DNA of 17,461 bases from Thainema sp. (GCA_052168235.1 JBQLZK010000101.1:1-17461); one strand, 5' to 3'. Positions 1 to 8,470 are shown, counted from the first letter of the stretch. Notes: generated by a model not told the origin, from the sequence alone. Made by a program: numbers and translations.

Positions 1-46
1 GCGATTCTCTGATAGGTTCGTACAAAACCCCTACAGGATTAGCTTT

Positions 47-68
47 TTAAGGGGGGCTAGGGGGGATC
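47..68. repeat. Half-copy of a cyanobacterial short dispersed repeat (TTAAGGGGGGCTAGGGGGGATC)
   Basis: Intergenic G6-CTA-G6-ATC motif. It resembles one arm of the GATCCCCCCTAGCCCCCCTT/AAGGGGGGCTAGGGGGGATC repeats common in filamentous cyanobacteria (recalled). The opposite arm is not visible. Confidence 0.5.
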
Positions 69-156
69 TTACAGAGCATAGAACCCAATAAGTACCTGGG
101 CCGTATCCGCCCAATGCAAGACTTAAAAATACAGCAACCAAGGGGGCAAACAACCA

Positions 157-1866
157 TTGACCGCGAGTAGTACCGTTAACCCATCACTCCCCGAAGTGGA
201 GTCCTTGTCATTAGCTGAACAAGTGGCGCAAATGGTCGTCGTGCGTACCACAGGCCATTTATTCGACCATCAGCGGCAATATCCCCACATTGAAGCCAAT
301 GCCGCTCAGCTCAGCAAATGGCTAGGAGATCTCGGCGTAGGCGGCGTCATTCTACTCGGCGGCAGTGCAGGCGAAGTGGGTCTACGCACCCAGCAGCTCC
401 AGTCACAGGCATCGATCCCCTTACTGATCGCCGCTGACATCGAAGAAGGCGTCGGACAGCGGTTTGCTGGGGCAACTTGGTTTCCACCACCGATGGCATT
501 AAGTGCGATCTCAAATCGCAACCTCCCCCAAGCCCTCCAGCTTGCCGAGCAAATGGGCAGCATCATCGCCCGTGAAGCTCTGGCAATTGGCCTCAACTGG
601 ATTCTGGCTCCGGTCGTGGACGTGAACAACAATCCTGCCAACCCCGTGATCAACGTGCGCTCCTTTGCCGCTGATCCCGAAATCGTCAGCCAGCTCGCCA
701 CGGCCTTTATTCGCGGTGCCCAGCAGCAGCCCGTGCTGACCACGGCCAAACACTTTCCGGGACATGGCGACACCGCAACGGATTCGCACCTAGAGCTACC
801 CGTTATTCCCCACGATCTTCAGCGGCTCGATCAGATTGAACTGCCGCCGTTCCGATCTGCGATCGCAGCCGGAGTTGATGCGGTGATGACCGCACATTTG
901 AACTTACCGCAGCTCGATCCCACCTATCCCGCCACACTCTCACCTGCCATCCTCACGGGAATGCTGCGACAGGAGATGGGCTTCAACGGCCTGATTGTCA
1001 CCGATGCTCTGATGATGGGTGCGATCGCAAATCGCTATGGTGATGGCGAGGCCGCCGTTCTCGCAGTCGAGGCGGGCACCGATATCCTCTTGATGCCCAC
1101 TGACCCAGAAGCGGCTATTCATGCCGTCTGTGATGCCGTAGCAGACGGTCGCCTGACACGGGAGCGGATTCGCTATTCCGTGGAACGGATATGGCGAGCC
1201 AAGCATAAGGTGGGATCAGCCCTCACAACTGATGCCCCCTCACGCCACGCCTGGGAGCATTTGCCACCACCACCGATTCGACTGGATCAGGTGGCTCAAC
1301 CCGATGCGCTGGCCTGCGCCGCTGCAATTTCGCAGCAGTCAATGCAGTTTTCACAGCGAGATCAGGCGTTACCAATTACCATCGATCCCAACGTCACGAA
1401 TCGCCGGAATGTGATCTTGGTTGATCAGGTGCTGGATTGCCCGTTTCTGAACCGTACCGCACCTGCGATCGCATATCCCCGCAGTCTCGGCTATACAACC
1501 AAGCTAATCAGCACTCAGGATGCTGACAGCGCCGCCCTTCCAGCAACGCAGGTGCAAACCAGCTATGCTGAGCCGACACTATTGCAAATCTTTATTCGCG
1601 GCAATCCGTTTCGCGGCAGTGCGGCTCCCACTCAGCTCGCCCAAGACTGGCTACAAGCGCTAGTGCAGGCCGAAAACCTACAGGCGCTCTTGATCTATGG
1701 CAGTCCCTACGCAATGGATTCCTTGCTCCCGCAGCTACCAGACGAGATCCCCTACGTCTTTTGCTATGGGCAAATGCCCAGCGCTCAGCGGGTTGCGCTG
1801 ACCCAGCTATTCGGTCAGGTCGCAATCGATCGGTTAGAAAATTGCGATCGCACCTTCACCACCTGA
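157..1866 (+). CDS. nagZ: Glycoside hydrolase family 3, beta-N-acetylglucosaminidase (NagZ-type)
   Basis: 569-aa ORF with TTG start. GH3 motifs ADIEEGVG, APVVDVN and NPVINVRSF; NagZ signature KHFPGHGDTATDSH (KH[F/I]PG[H/L]Gx4D[S/T]H); nucleophile region VTDALMM. Confidence 0.88.
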   Translation: MTASSTVNPSLPEVESLSLAEQVAQMVVVRTTGHLFDHQRQYPHIEANAAQLSKWLGDLGVGGVILLGGSAGEVGLRTQQLQSQASIPLLIAADIEEGVGQRFAGATWFPPPMALSAISNRNLPQALQLAEQMGSIIAREALAIGLNWILAPVVDVNNNPANPVINVRSFAADPEIVSQLATAFIRGAQQQPVLTTAKHFPGHGDTATDSHLELPVIPHDLQRLDQIELPPFRSAIAAGVDAVMTAHLNLPQLDPTYPATLSPAILTGMLRQEMGFNGLIVTDALMMGAIANRYGDGEAAVLAVEAGTDILLMPTDPEAAIHAVCDAVADGRLTRERIRYSVERIWRAKHKVGSALTTDAPSRHAWEHLPPPPIRLDQVAQPDALACAAAISQQSMQFSQRDQALPITIDPNVTNRRNVILVDQVLDCPFLNRTAPAIAYPRSLGYTTKLISTQDADSAALPATQVQTSYAEPTLLQIFIRGNPFRGSAAPTQLAQDWLQALVQAENLQALLIYGSPYAMDSLLPQLPDEIPYVFCYGQMPSAQRVALTQLFGQVAIDRLENCDRTFTT

Positions 1867-1880
1867 TACTGATCACCCAG

Positions 1881-1944
1881 TAACAACCGTAGGAACAAAT
1901 GGCCATCAATAACAAACGGTAGGGGCGAATGGCCAATCGCCCCT
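1881..1944. repeat. GTAG-type REP-like palindrome with a degenerate tandem copy, between convergent genes
   Basis: GTAGGGGCGA-ATGGCCAA-TCGCCCCT at 1919-1944 (8-bp stem AGGGGCGA/TCGCCCCT). A decayed copy TAACAACCGTAGGAACAAATGGCCA starts at 1881 and repeats as TAACAAACGGTAGGGGCGAATGGCCA at 1910. Confidence 0.7.
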
Positions 1945-2016
1945 GATAGCGGATACATCCTGACAGACCCGACCAGCTCTTCAGCAGCTTAGTTTTGGTC
2001 TGACAGCAATTGAATC

Positions 2017-2304
2017 CTACGACTGCCCGCTGAACACAGGTCGAGGATTAATCCCTAAAAAATCCGTACGCTCATCGTAAATGGTGTATTCCGTTGGCTT
2101 AGCGCGCATGACCTCTTGGCTGACAATAATCGCATTCTCACCCTTCAGGTCTTCGATGAAGCCAAACTGCTCAGCTTCTGCCTCAGATTTGCTGTCGTAA
2201 GGGCCAAAGTAGTAGGTGCATTCGGGATCATCCGTCACTACCTTGATCCACCAATCCAAGCCAATGCCAAGCGACTCTAATACGTTTGTCAATAAATTCT
2301 TCAT
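2017..2304 (-). CDS. DUF1816 family small cyanobacterial protein
   Basis: 95 aa with the WWIKVVTxxPxCTYYFGPY...GFIEDLxxE...KPxxxT motif; lies downstream of rlmB, its usual cyanobacterial position. Confidence 0.85.
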   Translation of the reverse strand: MKNLLTNVLESLGIGLDWWIKVVTDDPECTYYFGPYDSKSEAEAEQFGFIEDLKGENAIIVSQEVMRAKPTEYTIYDERTDFLGINPRPVFSGQS

Positions 2305-2379
2305 AACTATTTGCCAGCTACGTCCTTGTGATTACTCCAGCGTATGAACGAGAACGAACACAGGTCTTTAGTGCAGCTC

Positions 2380-3486
2380 TCACGATTCAGGTTCAAATTT
2401 CGTTATACTCTGTTGCATTTTTTTTTGCAAAGACTTTAGGTCGAGTGTTTTTATCCATCTTTGGCGATAAATCTCGTACAGTGCCATGCCTGCCGCAACG
2501 GAAGCATTCAAACTGGGAGTGTGCCCCTGGAGGGGAACAGAAACCAAAACGTCACAGCGCTTCTGAATCGACAGTCCTAAACCCTCTCCTTCAGAACCAA
2601 TAACTAATACAGTCGGTTGAGAAAATTCTGCTTCGTATACGGGCTGACTACCAGTTGATTCAGCTCCGTAAATCCAAAATCCACTTTCCTTTAAATTCTC
2701 TAAGGCTCGCCCCAGATTGACAACCCTTGCGACCGGAAAATTTTCTAAAGCACCCGCCGCAACTTTGACCACTGTAGACGTGATCCCCACGGCTCGGCGC
2801 TGCGGGATCACGATCCCATTTGCTCCCAGCGCTTCAGCCGTTCGAATAATTGCACCTAAGTTATGCGGATCTGTAATACCGTCGGCAGCCACAATGACAG
2901 GACGTTCTGACTTATTGAACGCCTGCTGAATCAAATCATCCAGTTCTGTATAGTGATGCGGCGAAATTTGAGCCACGATCCCCTGATGATTTGCCCCTTG
3001 AGTCATCTGACCCAGCCGCTGATGATCAACTTCATCAACAACCGTGCCGCTGGCCTTGGCCTCATTCAGCAAACTATGAAACTGAGGATCGTAGCGCAGT
3101 TTGGTCTGCACCCAGATTCGGTTGATGTTGCGATCGCTCTCCAGAGCCGCTAAGACGGGATGACGACCATAGATCAAATCATAATTTTCATCCTGCCTTG
3201 AGTCATCAAATGACCGCTCAGAGCGAAATCGCTGAGGTTGATAGTCCCGGTTTCGATCGCCTTGATCACGGGATCGAGAGGGCTGAGCACGGTACTTGTC
3301 CCCCCGATTATCACGATTCTCTGACCTACGCGGTTCGGATCGGCGGGTATCAGACTTGCGCGGCGATTCGCTCCGAGATGATGAGCTGCGTGATGATGAG
3401 CTGCGTGATGACGATGAATTCCGCTTCGGCTTCGGCGTATTTTTCCGGGGATAGCGGGAGCCGTTTCCTGATTTCTGATCTGCCAT
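2380..3486 (-). CDS. rlmB: 23S rRNA (guanosine-2251-2'-O)-methyltransferase RlmB, SpoU family
   Basis: IYGRHPV substrate-binding start; HQGIVA; SPOUT motifs [19 protein letters not shown] and SLNASVA; long R/S-rich disordered N-terminus. ATG at 3486 preferred over TTG at 3510. Confidence 0.93.
   Translation of the reverse strand: MADQKSGNGSRYPRKNTPKPKRNSSSSRSSSSRSSSSRSESPRKSDTRRSEPRRSENRDNRGDKYRAQPSRSRDQGDRNRDYQPQRFRSERSFDDSRQDENYDLIYGRHPVLAALESDRNINRIWVQTKLRYDPQFHSLLNEAKASGTVVDEVDHQRLGQMTQGANHQGIVAQISPHHYTELDDLIQQAFNKSERPVIVAADGITDPHNLGAIIRTAEALGANGIVIPQRRAVGITSTVVKVAAGALENFPVARVVNLGRALENLKESGFWIYGAESTGSQPVYEAEFSQPTVLVIGSEGEGLGLSIQKRCDVLVSVPLQGHTPSLNASVAAGMALYEIYRQRWIKTLDLKSLQKKMQQSITKFEPES
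2402..2430 (-). promoter_or_regulatory. Putative sigma70-type promoter inside the rlmB 3' end, pointing at the DUF1816 gene
   Basis: Minus strand TTGCAA (2430-2425), 17-nt spacer, TATAAC (2407-2402); about 100 nt upstream of the DUF1816 ATG. Confidence 0.6.
3377..3410. repeat. In-frame 15-bp tandem repeat encoding the Ser/Arg-rich tract ([14 protein letters not shown]) in the RlmB N-terminal tail
   Basis: GATGATGAGCTGCGT at 3377-3391 and 3392-3406, followed by a partial third unit. Confidence 0.85.
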
Positions 3487-3575
3487 GTCAAACCCTGCCT
3501 CTCGGCCCATAATTGGCCAATAATCGAACTGAAGATTTTAAAGAGAAATGAACTTGAATTAAACCTGAGCTTATT

Positions 3576-3639
3576 TCTACTTATATGTCTACTTTTTGTA
3601 TGTCTACTTGTTATACGTCTACTTACTTAATCTCTGCTT
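3576..3639. repeat. Degenerate 15-bp-period minisatellite with a GTCTACTT core
   Basis: TCTACTT at 3576; GTCTACTT at 3587, 3602 and 3617; decayed CTCTGCTT at 3632. Located in the AT-rich mrnC-rlmB spacer. Confidence 0.75.
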
Positions 3640-3862
3640 ATTGATCTAAATGCTCTAAATGCAAGAACCTGCACACACATCACAATCTTATTAACAACCT
3701 ATTAATGATTGGCCTAATCAACCTATAACTTCTGACCCAATTGGCCTCTGACTGACGAACCATTAATCTTGGTATCCGTTACCGATTCGCGCACCCATTC
3801 AGCCAACCATCAACAATGAATCTCCCTCAATGCTCACGACAAACTTAGATAACAGAGCGATC

Positions 3863-4387
3863 CTAGCGATCTCCTTCTGTCCTATCCAATTCCCGCAAAT
3901 ACGCAAAAATCAGATTCATGAGTTGTTCCAGACGATCTAAATCTGTGAGATATAAATATCCAATCAGTGTTTCAAGCGCAGTAGCCTGCTGATAAGCCTC
4001 TGGATTAGTACGGTTGGGCCGTTTAGGAGCGGCATTGCGTCCTCGCCGAACAATGTCCAATTCGCGATCGCACAAATGGGGTAAAAGCTGCTGCAAATAT
4101 TCGGCTTGGCGGTCGGCGTTGACCTGTTCAACTACCTGCTGATGATAGGCACGGATGCGGCGACGAGGAAACAGATGATGAGTCCGCATATAAAGCTCGT
4201 ACACGGCATCACCCACATAGGCTAACGCAACGGGTGAAAGCTGCCGGATCTCACCTGCCGACAAACTCAGGGGGGGGAAGCGCGAGGGCAACATGGCATC
4301 AGCCACTACCTGGGAAGTGTTTGACACAGAGGGCTGATTCGTAGTGGTTTCGTTCGCAGGGGGTTGATTGCGATCGCACGTGGCCAA
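3863..4387 (-). CDS. mrnC: Mini-ribonuclease III (23S rRNA maturation)
   Basis: LAYVGDAVYELY, RRGRNA and YQQATALETLIGYLYL motifs; no dsRBD. TTG at 4387 chosen because AAGGAGGTGA (4399-4390) overlaps the GTG at 4393 and its GGAGG core lies 5 nt before the TTG. Confidence 0.9.
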   Translation of the reverse strand: MATCDRNQPPANETTTNQPSVSNTSQVVADAMLPSRFPPLSLSAGEIRQLSPVALAYVGDAVYELYMRTHHLFPRRRIRAYHQQVVEQVNADRQAEYLQQLLPHLCDRELDIVRRGRNAAPKRPNRTNPEAYQQATALETLIGYLYLTDLDRLEQLMNLIFAYLRELDRTEGDR

Positions 4388-4619
4388 ATTCACCTCCTTG
4401 CGATGTTCAGCTCAATTGACCAAATAAAAAAGAGCGTAGCTACAGGAAAGATTCCCTAAACGCCCTTTCATATCTTGACTATAAATCGACCGTAAATTGA
4501 CTGATAGGCCGTCTAAACGGATGGGTTTAGCCTATTCTTGGCCCATTGGTTTGGCCCATTGAAGTATCAGAAACTTACAACCTATCGCCTGAGGCTCGTC
4601 GCCTGAGACTATAGGCATT

Positions 4620-4988
4620 CTAGGTATCTTTCAGATTTTCAAGCGCTTGGTCAACGGAAGGCTGTAGGGACAAGAACTTTTCAAGCCGAACCAGTTTGAC
4701 AGTCTGCGTCACCCTTGGATTGGTGACTAGCTGCACACTGCCTTCTTTCGTTTGGGCTTTCTTAACCAGCTGAACCAGTGCTCCCAACCCAGAACTATCC
4801 ACAAAGTCAATTTGAGACAAGTCTAAGATGATGTTGCTTGGCCCTTCATCTACGTACTTGCCGAGAGCTTTGCGGAAATTGGGCTCCGAGAATGCATCCA
4901 GCAACCCTGTGAGGCGAAAAATTTGGCAATTATCCCTAACATCGCGTGTGCCTCTCAAACTAACAGTTAGGGTTAACGTTTCAGGAAT
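4620..4988 (-). CDS. STAS-domain anti-sigma factor antagonist (SpoIIAA/RsbV-like), probable ATT start
   Basis: LDLSQIDFVDSSGLGALV motif containing the phosphorylatable Ser. The frame extends upstream of the track's TTG (4958) as IPETLTLTVSL to an ATT at 4988, 5 nt after GAGGAGG (5000-4994). In-frame TGA at 5021-5019. Confidence 0.88.
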   Translation of the reverse strand: MPETLTLTVSLRGTRDVRDNCQIFRLTGLLDAFSEPNFRKALGKYVDEGPSNIILDLSQIDFVDSSGLGALVQLVKKAQTKEGSVQLVTNPRVTQTVKLVRLEKFLSLQPSVDQALENLKDT

Positions 4989-5035
4989 AGTTGCCTCCTC
5001 GTCCTTCGTCCAAGATCTTCAACGTTCGGGGAATA

Positions 5036-5065
5036 AGTATAGGTCAGGTTAAGACTAAATCGCAA
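5036..5065 (-). promoter_or_regulatory. Candidate sigma70-type promoter for the STAS-mrnC-rlmB cluster
   Basis: Minus strand TTGCGA (5065-5060), 18-nt spacer, TATACT (5041-5036), shortly upstream of the STAS ribosome-binding site. Confidence 0.45.
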
Positions 5066-5338
5066 GTCAATTGTGGAATAACCTGCTGCGGGATGAAAGA
5101 TGCCCTCAATATTCGGCTACGGATCTCACTGGGGTTGACTCACCCATCTGGTATCAAATCCAACCATTATTTTATCCTCGAATCATTTTGCCTGACTTTG
5201 CTCCCCTACAACCATACACTGCCCGGATTGACGTAATCTTTAACAATCGCGGTTCTGCCCTGATTATCAGCTCTTAACGTCGGTTCCCTATGATGAGCGA
5301 ATAAAAAATAAGCCGATGGGGACAGGGCAACAAAAAAT

Positions 5339-6448
5339 ATGGCGGATTGGGGAATTTATACATTGGCAAATGATCTGGTGTACGACCAGTTAGTGGCGCT
5401 GCTGAACAGTATTGAGATTCATATAGGGAATTCGATCCCGGTCTGCATTATTCCGTTTGACTCGCAAATAGAGCGGGTGCAGCAGGAGGTGAAAGTGAGA
5501 TCGCAGGTCTCCTTGTTTGACAACTGGGATGCGATCGGGCGCTGGCAGCAGTTTGCCACTCAGGTTTGGTCGGCCTATCCCAAGGCGCAGCGCAAGAAGC
5601 TGGCTCCTCCTGGCTGGTATCGCTGTCACCTAGAACGTAAGTTTGCCGCGTTTGATGGGCCGTTTGAGCAGTTTATTTTCATCGATGCTGACAGCTTGGT
5701 GATGAAACCGCTGGATGGCGTGATTCAAAAGCTGGATCAGTATGATTTTGTGTTTGACGATTGGGAACACCAGAAAACGGGTGATCAAACGGCGCTGGAT
5801 CTGGAGAAAATTGAGCAGGCCGGAGCCTATCGAGCCGCTGATGTGCAGCCCAAGCTGCACTGTTCCAGCTTCTTCGCTGCTAAGTGCCAGACGTTTACGG
5901 CTGAGGATCTGGCTGATTTGCAGGATCGCCTAATAACTAACCAAGAAGTGAGCTGGATTCGAGAGTGGTGGGATGATGCCCAGTTATTTAACTATTTAAC
6001 GCTGCGCTCTGAGCGCCCCATGTTTAACTACACCCAAAGCCCCGATCCCGCCGAGCGGACGGGCAACTGCGCTGGGGTCGATCCGTTTGTGGTTCAGAAT
6101 CACGTCCTCTACAACCAGGATGGCTTGAAACCAATCCATCGGCTGCACTACATGAGCTACAGTTCGCGGTTGTTTACCCGCCTCTGCCAGGGTGAAGCGG
6201 TCAACATTCCCCATCGCGATCTGTTTTTGCACTACCGCTACTGGCATCAGCCGCAACAGTATCCGCTCAGTCTCCGATCCCCCAGTTGGTTGGAACGGGC
6301 AAACCGCCGGATCAACCACGGTCTGCATCGCATCAGTTGCCGGACGCGCTATATGTGGGAGCAGGTTGCGTCTTGTTTCTTGCCAATGGGGCTGATTGAG
6401 GAGCAAGGGCGAGGGGACAAGGGAGCAGAGGGAGCAAGTGTTTCCTAG
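5339..6448 (+). CDS. Npun_R2821/Npun_R2822-family putative GT-A-fold glycosyltransferase
   Basis: N-terminal GIYTLANDxVYDQLVALLNSIE; DxD motif in FIFIDADSLV; AAFDGPFE; C-terminal HRLHYM and FLHYRY. Family assignment is from recalled motifs. Confidence 0.72.
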   Translation: MADWGIYTLANDLVYDQLVALLNSIEIHIGNSIPVCIIPFDSQIERVQQEVKVRSQVSLFDNWDAIGRWQQFATQVWSAYPKAQRKKLAPPGWYRCHLERKFAAFDGPFEQFIFIDADSLVMKPLDGVIQKLDQYDFVFDDWEHQKTGDQTALDLEKIEQAGAYRAADVQPKLHCSSFFAAKCQTFTAEDLADLQDRLITNQEVSWIREWWDDAQLFNYLTLRSERPMFNYTQSPDPAERTGNCAGVDPFVVQNHVLYNQDGLKPIHRLHYMSYSSRLFTRLCQGEAVNIPHRDLFLHYRYWHQPQQYPLSLRSPSWLERANRRINHGLHRISCRTRYMWEQVASCFLPMGLIEEQGRGDKGAEGASVS

Positions 6449-6529
6449 TTAGGGAAAGATAGAATAGCCTAGGATGAGGCGAATCATGGATTTCCATCGG
6501 CTTGATTGGCGAAGGGCGAAGCAATTGCT

Positions 6530-7468
6530 ATGAAGCTGTTCTACTATCAATTTCCAGCACAGCGCTATCCCAAAGGGTTGAGCAACTTTGGCGATGATCT
6601 TAATCCCTGGCTGTGGCAGCGGCTCATTCCGGAGTATTTGAACGACGACCCCCGCCAAGTGTTTGTCGGTATTGGTACGTTACTGAATCGGGGACTCTCC
6701 AAACGCTTTGCCAGCACTCCGCATCTGATTGTGTTTAGCTCTGGCATGGGCTATGGCGGCGGCTTGCCAACGGTGACACCTGCTTGGCGAGTGTACTGTG
6801 TGCGTGGCCCGCTCACGGCGCAGGCATTGGGCTTACCCGATCGCAAAATTGCTACAGACGGTGGAGCGCTGGTGCGACAGGTGTTTCAGCCCGCCCGACG
6901 GACGCGGTTCCGCTACAGCTTTATGCCCCACGTGGAACATGCAGATCTGGGCGGGCGGGTTTGGAACAAAATCTGCGATCGCATTGGCTTTCACTACATT
7001 GACCCCCGCTGGCCTGTAGAAACGGTGCTCACCGCAATTGGCGAAACCGAGGTTTTACTCACCGAAGCGATGCACGGTGCGATCGCAGCCGATGCCTTTG
7101 GTATTCCCTGGATTCCCATTCGCACCAGCAGCCGAGTTTTAACCTTCAAGTGGGAAGACTGGTGCGGTTCGCTGGGCCTTGCGTACGAACCGCAGACGAT
7201 TCTGCCGCTGTGGGATCTGTACCGCTTTGCGCCGGGAGTGCGCTCGTCGTTACGCTACTGCACCGATTGGTTCAAACAAGATCGACTCCGATCTGCGAGA
7301 TCGCTACTGGCCGATCCGGATAAATCTGTGTCTACCCAACTGGTGAGAATTGCCAAATCAGTACGACCGACATTAAGCGATCGCAAACAGCTTAACTACA
7401 GAATTGAACAGCTTGAGGAACACCTACATCAGTTTCGCACCGATGTTCAAGTTGGCCGCTTTGATTGA
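6530..7468 (+). CDS. Polysaccharide pyruvyl transferase (ExoV-like)
   Basis: MKLFYY, NFGDDLNPWLW, VGIGTLL, VRGPLTA, FMPH, TEAMHGAIAADAFGIPWIP and FKWEDW motifs. ATG at 6530 preferred over TTG at 6506. Confidence 0.85.
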   Translation: MKLFYYQFPAQRYPKGLSNFGDDLNPWLWQRLIPEYLNDDPRQVFVGIGTLLNRGLSKRFASTPHLIVFSSGMGYGGGLPTVTPAWRVYCVRGPLTAQALGLPDRKIATDGGALVRQVFQPARRTRFRYSFMPHVEHADLGGRVWNKICDRIGFHYIDPRWPVETVLTAIGETEVLLTEAMHGAIAADAFGIPWIPIRTSSRVLTFKWEDWCGSLGLAYEPQTILPLWDLYRFAPGVRSSLRYCTDWFKQDRLRSARSLLADPDKSVSTQLVRIAKSVRPTLSDRKQLNYRIEQLEEHLHQFRTDVQVGRFD

Positions 7469-7494
7469 ATAGACTCCCTTTTGCAATTCATTTG

Positions 7495-7561
7495 GCAGGG
7501 GCGGGGCTAGTCCTAAATTAGGGTTACTCAATCCATCCTGATCCGCGAAACCTGCCCCTGC
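7495..7561. repeat. REP-like inverted repeat (GCAGGGGCGGG...CCTGCCCCTGC)
   Basis: 11-nt arms at 7495-7505 and 7551-7561 (10 Watson-Crick pairs plus one G-U) around a 45-nt spacer; a variant of the GTAGGGGCGGG...CCCGCCCCTAC family. Confidence 0.6.
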
Positions 7562-7626
7562 AGCAGCGCTGCATTCTGGCGCGCGTGTTTCAAACTGCCA
7601 AATCACCCAATTTTTTTATCGAAATG

Positions 7627-7655
7627 TCCTGATGGAATGACCATAACTGAGTAAA
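7627..7655 (+). promoter_or_regulatory. DIF1-like promoter (TCCTGA-N18-GTAAA)
   Basis: TCCTGA at 7627-7632 is one mismatch from the DIF1 motif TCCGGA and starts exactly 35 nt upstream of the NsiR1-like 5' end at 7662. GTA is at 7651. Confidence 0.5.
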
Positions 7656-7661
7656 CGGTAG

Positions 7662-7713
7662 TGGTAGATGCACCCTGATTGATCCCTGGCCTTCGGGTCG
7701 GGGATTTTTTTTT
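7662..7713 (+). ncRNA. Putative NsiR1-like small RNA (~52 nt)
   Basis: 5' TGGTAGATGCACCCTGAT matches my recollection of the conserved NsiR1 5' segment. It is followed directly by a cUUCGg-capped hairpin and a T10 tract, and preceded by a DIF1-like motif at -35. Confidence 0.6.
7682..7713 (+). terminator. Rho-independent terminator
   Basis: ATCCC(T)GGCC-TTCG-GGTCGGGAT stem-loop (one bulge, one G-U pair) with ten Ts at 7704-7713. Confidence 0.8.
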
Positions 7714-7738
7714 GGAAGAGGTGAGGAGTAATTAGTCC

Positions 7739-8470
7739 TCAACATTTTACTTTCCTTGCCCAACCGATCCAAGCTCCTGCCAGCAGCAGAAATGCGATCG
7801 CACTGGACTCTGGCACGGCTACATGAGACGCAAAGGTGGCGCTGAACTCGGTGTAGTACAGGGCAGTTGTGCCTTCAAAGCCGGAGTCGGTACCAAAGTA
7901 TAACCAAGCACTGCCGCTGTCATCGGTTTTGAATCGAAACGGATTGGCTTGATTATCACGGCGAATTAGTGAGTAGTCCCAGCTATCATCCCCAATAGGT
8001 TTCGCCAAGTCACCCAGCAGCACGGCATCGCGGCCAACCTGACTCTGATTGCCCTTGTCGATATTGAGCCGCAGAAAGTCTTCGTCTGGATCAACCAAAT
8101 TCGGCAGCGGTTCAACTTGAGTCGCCCCGGCTTTGAGATAGACGCTGGTGGCGGGACTGCCGCCAATGCCGAAGCTGTCGGCTGGTGCATTGCTAGCCAG
8201 TTCCAGATCAAACGTAACGTGGTAGCGCGTGTTGGGTGCTAACCCCGTCACGAACTGGCGAAAGTACATAAACAGGTCATCGCTGCGGTTGTCGCCCGTG
8301 ATGAATAGAGCTTGATCGCCGCCCAGGTTGAACGGTCGCGATCGCACATCGGCACCTAACCGATAAAACGCTTCTTGACCGGGAGGATAGTCAGCAAAAT
8401 CGGCTTGCCAACTGAAAGCATCAGCGGTCGAAAAATCCCAGCTAAACGTTTGAAACGCTTGATTGTTCAT
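7739..8470 (-). CDS. PEP-CTERM sorting-domain protein
   Basis: C-terminal VPESS, hydrophobic helix AIAFLLLAGAWIGW and basic tail RKVK. The body is beta-rich, with FADYP, NRSDDLFMY and GTDSGFEGTTALYY. Confidence 0.75.
   Translation of the reverse strand: MNNQAFQTFSWDFSTADAFSWQADFADYPPGQEAFYRLGADVRSRPFNLGGDQALFITGDNRSDDLFMYFRQFVTGLAPNTRYHVTFDLELASNAPADSFGIGGSPATSVYLKAGATQVEPLPNLVDPDEDFLRLNIDKGNQSQVGRDAVLLGDLAKPIGDDSWDYSLIRRDNQANPFRFKTDDSGSAWLYFGTDSGFEGTTALYYTEFSATFASHVAVPESSAIAFLLLAGAWIGWARKVKC

Noticed and set aside
3576..3639. Repeat-spacer pattern as a mini-CRISPR
   Set aside because: 8-nt repeats with 7-nt spacers are far below CRISPR dimensions, and there are no cas genes.
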